A stretch of 64,000 nt of DNA from a virus. Positions 7,940 through 15,189 of the stretch are shown piece by piece; the stretch's first letter is position 1; each line of letters opens with the position of its first letter. The DNA is taken from positions 31,818 to 95,817 of the IMG/VR virus record IMGVR_UViG_3300025418_000694. One strand, given 5' to 3'. Under the pieces are notes generated by a model. It searched no databases. It saw nothing but the letters and a program-made list of their open reading frames with translations, and was not told the origin of the DNA. The position numbers and the translations under genes were made by a program.

Positions 7940-8121
7940 TGTTTGTGTTGACCCACCCACCCACGTACCTAAATACGACATCTTATTCCGCAATAAGCGG
8001 AATAAGCATTTGGGCTAATTGTTTAACAATTAGCCCAACACAAACATTCCCGCCCCAAGATGAACATTAGATGAACATTAACTGAGAGATTGCTGAGAGA
8101 TTACTGAGAGAAGGCTGAGAG
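7940..8121 (+). repeat. composite regulatory module B (homologue of A)
   Basis: Palindrome 8010-8038; six units at 8061, 8072, 8083, 8094, 8105, 8116. Confidence 0.8.
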
Positions 8122-8272
8122 CCAATCTATAGTAGAGTGAGAGTCTGCTATAGATTAAAAATGGACACGCCTTCGGCTACTGTCTAAAGAACGAAGTGAG
8201 AGTGTAGCGATACGTCCAGATTATTGCTATATGTCCGATTTGTCTTATATGATAACAATCTCTGCGATTACT

Positions 8273-8335
8273 GTTCACCTTCCGTTCACCTTCCGTTCAT
8301 CTACTTAGGGGAATATATATCTACTCTATTCCGTT
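8273..8335 (+). promoter_or_regulatory. triple PHO-box-like repeat plus SigR/SigH-type promoter P6
   Basis: GTTCA(C/T)C at 8273, 8284, 8295; GGAAT 8310-8314, N18, GTT 8333-8335. Confidence 0.75.
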
Positions 8336-8394
8336 CTATCCATGTACGACAAACACTAACCGCGCCAATGGCGCACTATTAGAAGGAAGGCAGT

Positions 8395-9774
8395 ATGACA
8401 CTAGCAGTATTGGTGGAGACCTTAGAGGGCGAAGCGCGCTCACAGACTCTCCTATTCCCTCACAAGGGAGAAGTGCGGATTTATCACCGCCTCTCAACAG
8501 GTCAGGCAGGACGTGGACAGACATGGTCTCACCTATCTGATATAGAGGATTTGCCCGACACTCTCCTATCCAAGAAACCCGTAGCCGTTGTCCTCACCGA
8601 GCGCGATACTGCTCTCGTTGATACAGGACTCGTTACCAATATCGGTGCTAAGGCTCTCTATGCCTATGAAAGTGCCGACCCTGTTACCGCGCCAATCTCA
8701 CACAGAGATAGCGTTCTAGACCTTAAAACTCGATTCGAGTCAGGAGACAACTCTCTCTCTGATTTGATTACCGATAAACGTCGTAATCAGGGTGTAATTC
8801 TAACCCCGTTGAGCGCGACCCCGAACGTGACCTTTATTAAGCAAAGTGAGCCTATCAAGCAAGAAGTAACAATAGGCGCACACGAAAGCACACGTCTCGC
8901 CTATGAAAATATGATTACTGTTCCCGACCAAAAGTGGTCACGTGATTATATAAACCGCTACTTTGAGGACGGCAAGTCCGACTTCGAGATTTATGACTAC
9001 GCAGATTCTAACGATATAAACGTTCTAATCGAAGGTGGCGCTGGTTCAGGCAAGACCATGAGTGTAATCGCCTATGCCTCTGCTAGACAGAAGCGTTATT
9101 TCAACGTCTCCTCTAATGCTGGTATTGACCCTAGCCAACTATTCGGGCGCTGGATTCCTAGAGAGGACGGACATGGTTATCGCTGGCAGGACGGCGCAGT
9201 CACTCTCCTAGTTCGACATGGCGGAGTTCTACTCCTCAATGAAGTGAACTTCATGCCCGAACGTATTATGACAGTTCTCTATTCCTTACTAGATGACCGA
9301 CGTGAGATTCAATTATTGGATAACGGCGGTGAGGTTATTAAGGCTCACAAAGACCTGCTAATCGTGGCAGACATGAACGCTGGTTATCGTGGCACTCACG
9401 AACTATCACAGGCTAACAATGACAGGTGGAAAATTAAACTAGAGTTTCCTTACGATAAGAAAATCGAAAGCAAACTAATCAAGTCTAAGGCTCTGCTGGA
9501 ATTGGCTCAAAAGTTACGTGACCGATTCGACCTAGATGAACTCACAACTCCAATCTCGACACGTGGTCTAGTAGCACTACAAAATAACGTGACGGGTCTA
9601 GGCTTGAACTTCGCAATTACTTCTTACGTCAATGGATTCGACAAAGATGAACGCGTGGCAGTTCGTCAGGTAATCGAAACAATGAAGTGGAATATCGCAA
9701 CCGACTTCGGTGTAAAGGTTGAAGTCGAACCTACAGATTCAATCGTAACCGAGACAGTAAAGGTGGATAACTAA
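8395..9774 (+). CDS. MoxR/CbbQ/CobS-like AAA+ ATPase
   Basis: Walker A GGAGSGKT, variant Walker B LLLNEVN, LSQANNDR, ISTRGL. Confidence 0.9.
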   Translation: MTLAVLVETLEGEARSQTLLFPHKGEVRIYHRLSTGQAGRGQTWSHLSDIEDLPDTLLSKKPVAVVLTERDTALVDTGLVTNIGAKALYAYESADPVTAPISHRDSVLDLKTRFESGDNSLSDLITDKRRNQGVILTPLSATPNVTFIKQSEPIKQEVTIGAHESTRLAYENMITVPDQKWSRDYINRYFEDGKSDFEIYDYADSNDINVLIEGGAGSGKTMSVIAYASARQKRYFNVSSNAGIDPSQLFGRWIPREDGHGYRWQDGAVTLLVRHGGVLLLNEVNFMPERIMTVLYSLLDDRREIQLLDNGGEVIKAHKDLLIVADMNAGYRGTHELSQANNDRWKIKLEFPYDKKIESKLIKSKALLELAQKLRDRFDLDELTTPISTRGLVALQNNVTGLGLNFAITSYVNGFDKDERVAVRQVIETMKWNIATDFGVKVEVEPTDSIVTETVKVDN

Positions 9775-9775
9775 T

Positions 9776-11734
9776 ATGGGTCGCCGTCGCCGTCGCAATA
9801 ATGGACTAATCTCTGAATTGGATTCCCTATCCACAGGACGTGGACTCCATGAACGTATCAACGATAACAATGAGTGGGAACTCTATGATGAGGAAAGCGG
9901 TTTAGCAGTAACCCATGCCGAACTAGTCGCAAAATACACAGAGCGCGCTAACCGACTCAATGCGGTGGCACAGGTGTACGAACGTGTAGATAGGATTCTC
10001 ACCAATGAGGATATTACTGTTCGTGTAATCAACGATAAGAATATGGATACCAATGCCCGTTCCAATGGAAAGGATATTGAACTCAATGCCAATCTAATTG
10101 AGGATTTATCTGACGAAAGTATTATGAGCCTTCATGGTCTGAACTATCACGAACTAGCGCACGTGGAGTTCTCTCCCCGTCAGGGTTCAGACTTAGGAAT
10201 ATACGTTCGCGATAATAAACTGTTTAAGGCAATCGCAATTCTAGAGGAAGGTCGCGCTGAACAATTACTGCTCAAAAAGTATCCTTCAATTCGACCTTAC
10301 CTAGAAGCAAGTGTTTATACCTACGTGTTAGCAGACCAGCCTAGTGATTGGGGAACTAAGTTTCATCTAATCACAGGTCGCACCTACTTACCACTAGAAA
10401 TTAGGCAATCTATTCTAGACAAAGCAATCGTTCAATACGGATATGAAATTGTCTCCAACGTTCACTCGATTATCCATGCCTATCGTGACTTAGTGTTCCC
10501 TGCTGATTTCGATAAGGCTAAAGAACTCGCACACAGACTCGCCAATATACTCGGACATGATGAGGATTCTAATAATTCAGGTTCAAGTTCTAGTGAAGGT
10601 TCAGAGGAGTCTAAGGACTCAAAAGGTATCACAGGTGTAGGCGGTGGGTGCGGTCTGCCTAGTAAGGGCAGACCAGCAAGCGGAAAGGAGCAGGCTAAGT
10701 ATCAAAGCCAGCCCTCTAATGATAAATTAGAAAGCCTCAACACAAACAGGTCGCAAAGCGATAGCGGTTCAGGTAGCGAAATTGAAACTCAATCGGTCAA
10801 TGATTCAGATTCAGAAATTACTGCCAAAGATGTTGAAGTGGCTCATGCTCTCAATGAGCGCATGAACCAACTAAAGCAGGACTCTCGCGTTAAGCGCGAA
10901 GTCAAGGACACTCGAAATGCGATTCTCGGTTCAGGTGAGGCTAAGGCTGATATTCCAACAGGTGACACTATGGAAATCGCACCTTCTATGGGAGCAATCT
11001 CAATGGCAAAGCGATTCAGCACAGAGTTAGAACGCATAGTGCGAAACAATGACCCTGCTTGGGTAGGTCGCACTAGAAGTGGTCGCCTGAATATCTCTCG
11101 CACCATGAACCCTGATGTCAATGCTATCTCTGAAATGTTCGACCAATGGGATATTGGTAATGAAGCCACCGATATAGAAGCGGTTATCCTTACCGATAAT
11201 TCAGGTTCAATGGGCGGTTCAATGAAAGCAGTATGCGAGAACACTTGGATTCTAAAGCGCGCTATCGAAAGCATAGAAGGTTCAGTAACCGCCTTCTCCT
11301 TCGATTCTGATACTGAACTGCTCTACTCTAAAGATGATAAGGCTAAGTCTAGAGTAATGAAGTTCGTGGGTTCACGTGGAAGCACTAACCCACTACGCGG
11401 AATTATCGAAGCAGACCGCATATTGACCTCATCTAAAAAGTCAATCAAGATTCTATTTATAGTTACTGACGGGGATTGGGAGCGCCAAGAACAATGCGAC
11501 GACCTAATCAAGTCTATGAACAATAAGGGATTCCTGACGTGCGTAGTGTTCTTAGGTGATTTCAAGTCCTATCAGAACCTAATCGAGCAGTCTGCTAGAG
11601 GTGATGACCGCGCTACTAATTACTTAAAGGCAATACGTCACCACGCCAAAGTGTTCCACGCTGTTACCAACACCGCAGATATTCTCAAAGTGGCAAGTAT
11701 GCTAGTCAAATCAACTCTAAAGAAGGTGGCTTAG
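9776..11734 (+). CDS. vWA (MIDAS) partner of MoxR with N-terminal HExxH domain
   Basis: YHELAHV; Ser-rich linker; DNSGSMG, GSTNP, VTDG. Confidence 0.85.
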   Translation: MGRRRRRNNGLISELDSLSTGRGLHERINDNNEWELYDEESGLAVTHAELVAKYTERANRLNAVAQVYERVDRILTNEDITVRVINDKNMDTNARSNGKDIELNANLIEDLSDESIMSLHGLNYHELAHVEFSPRQGSDLGIYVRDNKLFKAIAILEEGRAEQLLLKKYPSIRPYLEASVYTYVLADQPSDWGTKFHLITGRTYLPLEIRQSILDKAIVQYGYEIVSNVHSIIHAYRDLVFPADFDKAKELAHRLANILGHDEDSNNSGSSSSEGSEESKDSKGITGVGGGCGLPSKGRPASGKEQAKYQSQPSNDKLESLNTNRSQSDSGSGSEIETQSVNDSDSEITAKDVEVAHALNERMNQLKQDSRVKREVKDTRNAILGSGEAKADIPTGDTMEIAPSMGAISMAKRFSTELERIVRNNDPAWVGRTRSGRLNISRTMNPDVNAISEMFDQWDIGNEATDIEAVILTDNSGSMGGSMKAVCENTWILKRAIESIEGSVTAFSFDSDTELLYSKDDKAKSRVMKFVGSRGSTNPLRGIIEADRILTSSKKSIKILFIVTDGDWERQEQCDDLIKSMNNKGFLTCVVFLGDFKSYQNLIEQSARGDDRATNYLKAIRHHAKVFHAVTNTADILKVASMLVKSTLKKVA

Positions 11735-11854
11735 GTGTTCTTTATAGTATCTATGGGGCTAATTCTAGTAATAGCGTTAGCCCTAATCATAACTGAAGTA
11801 GATGATTCACTGAAGGACGAGTGGGAAGCGTGGGAAAGGAAACAGAAATGGTAA
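11735..11854 (+). CDS. small membrane protein (39 aa)
   Basis: Read by hand: MFFIVSMGLILVIALALIITEVDDSLKDEWEAWERKQKW. Confidence 0.5.
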   Translation: MFFIVSMGLILVIALALIITEVDDSLKDEWEAWERKQKW

Positions 11855-12027
11855 TTCAATTCGGAACTAGCGCGGATAATCTAGATTATGCCGTACTACA
11901 GAAGGAAACGCTGAACCAATTAAAGGGCGCACTACTAGCAGAGCAGACTCGCAACGAGTATCTAATCAACTTAGTGGACACCGCTATTGACTACTCGTTC
12001 TATTTAACAGATGAAAGGATTAAATAA
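11848..12027 (+). CDS. hypothetical protein
   Basis: GAAAGGA RBS before MVIQFG. Confidence 0.55.
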   Translation: MVIQFGTSADNLDYAVLQKETLNQLKGALLAEQTRNEYLINLVDTAIDYSFYLTDERIK

Positions 12028-12267
12028 ATGAGCGAACACCACTTTGTAATCAAGTTCAACACAAACAATGGGCGGTTCGATTGGGATTCAGATACCGAGT
12101 CGGCTCGATTCCCCGAAGGCGCTATCTATCTTTCAGAGGTCAATAAATGGGTGGATTCCTCATATAACGATTCTCTGAACCAAATAGACACACAAGCAGG
12201 TGAGGCGCTTAGTCAAACCCTAAACGTATTAAACCTGATGTACGAACAAGCAGGAAACAAGGAATAA
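12028..12267 (+). CDS. hypothetical protein
   Basis: AAAGGA RBS; adjacent to the upstream stop. Confidence 0.6.
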   Translation: MSEHHFVIKFNTNNGRFDWDSDTESARFPEGAIYLSEVNKWVDSSYNDSLNQIDTQAGEALSQTLNVLNLMYEQAGNKE

Positions 12268-12286
12268 AAGTAAAGAGTCAAATGTT
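12261..12286 (+). promoter_or_regulatory. SigR/SigH-type promoter P7
   Basis: GGAAT 12261-12265, N18, GTT 12284-12286. Confidence 0.65.
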
Positions 12287-12315
12287 ATATAGAGATATAA
12301 AGAGAGGAATAAATA

Positions 12316-12621
12316 ATGCCACACCCACTAAGCGGTCTAACGCCCGACGAAAAGCGTAAGTTATTCAAGATGTTCGAGATTATGTCTGAACCTAGTGATA
12401 CTTCACATGAGGACATGATGTACGTCGTGAATAACGTTAGTCCTATGGTCGAGATACTAAAGAAAACTATCAGCAATCGCATGATAGATAGCGGTATCAG
12501 CGCAGAGGAAACAGACGCTCTATTAAGTACGTTGATAGGAGTATCTAATATGGCTGGCGGTGTTAGTTTCGCCGACTTCGCCCACACAGAAAGCATGGCA
12601 GAGGATTTATCAGATAACTAG
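12316..12621 (+). CDS. hypothetical protein
   Basis: GAGGA RBS. Confidence 0.65.
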   Translation: MPHPLSGLTPDEKRKLFKMFEIMSEPSDTSHEDMMYVVNNVSPMVEILKKTISNRMIDSGISAEETDALLSTLIGVSNMAGGVSFADFAHTESMAEDLSDN

Positions 12622-12622
12622 A

Positions 12623-12803
12623 GTTGGATAGACACTTGGATAAGATAGACCTAATCTAACTACCAACAGACTTCAAGTTAGTCACATGAACAGTTTAATT
12701 ACTTAGTAATAAGACTCCGAGTAAGTTGAGGTATCAGGGTCGCAAAGACGAAAGGACTTGCGAAGGAGTTAGTTCCTAAACGTTGTACCTAGTGTCTATC
12801 TAC
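12623..12803 (+). ncRNA. candidate structured non-coding RNA (~180 nt)
   Basis: Intergenic; closing helix GATAGACACT/AGTGTCTATC plus nested helices CTAACT/AGTTAG, ACTTCAA/TTGAGGT, TCGCAA/TTGCGA. Confidence 0.5.
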
Positions 12804-12830
12804 GCAATCTAATCGAAAGAAGGTAAGTAA

Positions 12831-13121
12831 ATGGGAATAGTAAGTCCCGAACTCGCTCACAGATACGAGCGTGAGTTAGTAGGCTCTACTCTAATTAACG
12901 AGTATGGCGACACTATCGTTAAGGCTAAACACCTTAAAGATAATACGTTTCTAGTCATAGCGGTAAGACCCGTAAAGACTAATCCGTACCAAGTATCAAA
13001 GGTAATCTATATTTCAGAGGACTTCTTAAACCCCTACAACGAAACAGGGGCAGAGACTTTGGAAGAAGCAGAAATTATATTTAATGAAAGGATTGAAAGT
13101 GGCAAAATACTCAATAGTTAA
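12831..13121 (+). CDS. hypothetical protein, paralogue of 13278..13595
   Basis: YERELVG...KAKHL...VIAVR...TLEEAE shared. Confidence 0.65.
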   Translation: MGIVSPELAHRYERELVGSTLINEYGDTIVKAKHLKDNTFLVIAVRPVKTNPYQVSKVIYISEDFLNPYNETGAETLEEAEIIFNERIESGKILNS

Positions 13122-13278
13122 AACTGTTACTTACGATTTGGAAGCCGTAATCTATTCTGATTTATCAGAGGACGAACTAAAGCAGAGTCTAAAGCATGAT
13201 GATTCAGATGTTGAGTACGAACAAATAGAGGGTAATGATGTTCAGTTCTATCTAGATTTATTAGAGGACGACGAGTAA
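13084..13278 (+). CDS. small acidic protein
   Basis: D/E-rich; start may be the GTG at 13099. Confidence 0.55.
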   Translation: MKGLKVAKYSIVKTVTYDLEAVIYSDLSEDELKQSLKHDDSDVEYEQIEGNDVQFYLDLLEDDE

Positions 13279-13595
13279 TGTCTAATAAACTTACAGACCT
13301 GTACGAAAAAGAAATGGTAGGCGCTGAACTTACGAATAAAGCGGTGGTAATCAAATCTAAACACCTAGAGGGCAGTAAGTATATTGTCCTTGCCGTTCGT
13401 AAAGTTCCAGCAGAACCTCTCTATGATGAGCGAGATGTTGAGAAAACAACTCCTATTTATCACCGCCCATATATTGTATGGCAGGTGGATAAAAAGACTA
13501 TGCGACCTATGAGTGGAGAGTATGCTCTGACACTAGAGGAAGCAGAGGAAGTCTATGAAATATATGGGAATAAAAAGAAGTTCTTAATCGTTTAA
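13278..13595 (+). CDS. hypothetical protein, paralogue of 12831..13121
   Basis: YEKEMVG...KSKHL...VLAVR...TLEEAE. Confidence 0.65.
   Translation: MSNKLTDLYEKEMVGAELTNKAVVIKSKHLEGSKYIVLAVRKVPAEPLYDERDVEKTTPIYHRPYIVWQVDKKTMRPMSGEYALTLEEAEEVYEIYGNKKKFLIV
13567..13592 (+). promoter_or_regulatory. SigR/SigH-type promoter P8
   Basis: GGAAT 13567-13571, N18, GTT 13590-13592, at the 3' end of the upstream gene. Confidence 0.7.
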
Positions 13596-13621
13596 TAACT
13601 AATCGAAGGGAGTTGCCTACA

Positions 13622-14104
13622 ATGGGCATGGACGTATATGGAAAGAACGCTACGGACGAACGTGGCGAGTACTTTAGAAACAATGTATGGTGGTGGAGAC
13701 CACTATGGGACTACTGCGAGCAGGTCTATCCACCTTGTCGTGAGATAGACGGACACTCAAATAGCGGTGCTGGCTTTGATGTAGAAGGCGCACACGCACT
13801 ACGCGACGCACTTATTAAAGAGATTAGTAGTGGTCGCACCTATGAATATGAGAAAGAACGCCAAGAGTTCTTAGATTCTATTCCTGATGAGACTTGTACC
13901 TTATGTGAAGGCATGGGAATAGTTCAAGTTAAAGAGGGCTGGTTCGATTACGTAGAGGGAGAAGTTACCTTCCGCGACCCATGTAATGCCTGTAATGGAA
14001 CTAAGGTCAAGAGACCTTTCGAGTGTAATTATGGATTCAGCGTAGAGAACGTAAAAGAGTTCTGCCAATTCCTAACTACCTGCGGTGGATTCGAGATTTG
14101 CTAA
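13622..14104 (+). CDS. conserved phage protein with DnaJ-type CxxCxGxG zinc finger
   Basis: MGMDVYG...GEYFRNNVWWWRPLW; CTLCEGMG, CNACNGTK. Confidence 0.75.
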   Translation: MGMDVYGKNATDERGEYFRNNVWWWRPLWDYCEQVYPPCREIDGHSNSGAGFDVEGAHALRDALIKEISSGRTYEYEKERQEFLDSIPDETCTLCEGMGIVQVKEGWFDYVEGEVTFRDPCNACNGTKVKRPFECNYGFSVENVKEFCQFLTTCGGFEIC

Positions 14105-14334
14105 TGAATAACGAGACCTTATCAGAGAGCGTTTCTACGCATGGCAATCTTTCAAGGGGATTAGCCGACACACTTTCAGAAATTATGGGCAGACCTGTCA
14201 CACACTTAGCAGTTATCTCTGCCTTATCTATTGAAGGAATAAAGTTAGATATAGATACAGAAGGAATATCCTCTATTGCTATGGAATACGGAACTCATCT
14301 CCTTCACAAAAGTAGAAGTGAGGAAGATGAATAA
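14098..14334 (+). CDS. hypothetical protein
   Basis: Packed ORF. Confidence 0.5.
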   Translation: MLMNNETLSESVSTHGNLSRGLADTLSEIMGRPVTHLAVISALSIEGIKLDIDTEGISSIAMEYGTHLLHKSRSEEDE

Positions 14335-14550
14335 TGAGCCTGTGTAATTGGTGCGGAGATGAAATGAAAGAAGGATTATGGGAATCCCATATCTGTATAG
14401 ACTCTGAAAGTGAAAGTAAATAATGGATAGATGTATAAATTGTGGTTATGAAATAGATGAAGCAGTAAGCGACCCAACAGGTATGTGTCAGACCTGTTGG
14501 TGGGCTTATGACAAGGGCTATCAAAAAGCAAAACAGGAAGCGAGCGAATA

Positions 14551-14913
14551 ATGATTAAAGAATTAGATACAGACGAAGTTCTGTTGGCTATGAAGCACTA
14601 CAAGCCTGTGAACTATATGGAAGCCCTTAGAAAACAAGCGCCCAATGGCACTAGCCTATTAACGGGAGAGAACAACGCTATATTCGTTCAGTTCCCTGCC
14701 TTCATGGAGTTGCCTGACCTAATGATTAGTTTATTAGAACAAGACACTCACACTTGGAAATGGATTAGTTTGGGCAATAATCAAGAGTATGAAGGCGTAA
14801 TAAAGTTTAAGGGCGGTAGTGAGAAGCCTAGTGATGAGGAGTTCTACGAGATGTCCGAGTATCTAGCCCTAAACTTTTGGAAGCAAGCAAGGAAGCAAAT
14901 GAGGTTCAAGTAA
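14551..14913 (+). CDS. hypothetical protein
   Basis: 120-aa ORF on the coding strand of the island. Confidence 0.6.
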   Translation: MIKELDTDEVLLAMKHYKPVNYMEALRKQAPNGTSLLTGENNAIFVQFPAFMELPDLMISLLEQDTHTWKWISLGNNQEYEGVIKFKGGSEKPSDEEFYEMSEYLALNFWKQARKQMRFK

Positions 14914-15113
14914 TGTCTAATATAAAGAGAGCAATCGAATCTATTATAGAGTGCGAGTCCTGTAGTGGTCAGGGCTGGCATTTCTACGGAGACGACGAAA
15001 TGTGGGACGTGGAGTCCTGTGATTGTAACCCTCACTCTATTGACATAGAGGAGATTGAGGACTATAAATTACGTATGGGCATGGACGCGTACCGCAATTT
15101 AATGGAAGAATAA
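14913..15113 (+). CDS. small Zn-finger-like protein
   Basis: TAATG start MSNIK; CESCSGQG...CDCNP. Confidence 0.55.
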   Translation: MSNIKRAIESIIECESCSGQGWHFYGDDEMWDVESCDCNPHSIDIEEIEDYKLRMGMDAYRNLMEE

Positions 15114-15189
15114 ACCTTCGCTATGGGTTGATGAAACCTTAGGGATTAAGTAGTCAGCACCATAGCGAAATCTATTAAGGAGTAATTTA

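Noticed and set aside
3683-8301. Repeats as a CRISPR array
   Set aside because: Units are 6-14 bp or have an 11-bp period, with no constant-length spacers; they are tied to promoters
8395-11734. CobS/CobT as a cobalt chelatase supplying B12 to NrdJ
   Set aside because: No CobN or other cob genes; the architecture is a generic MoxR/vWA pair
12680-12790. c-di-GMP-I riboswitch (GGGTCGCAAAG and CCTAAAC words)
   Set aside because: Motif order and helices do not fit the known fold; kept only as an unassigned RNA
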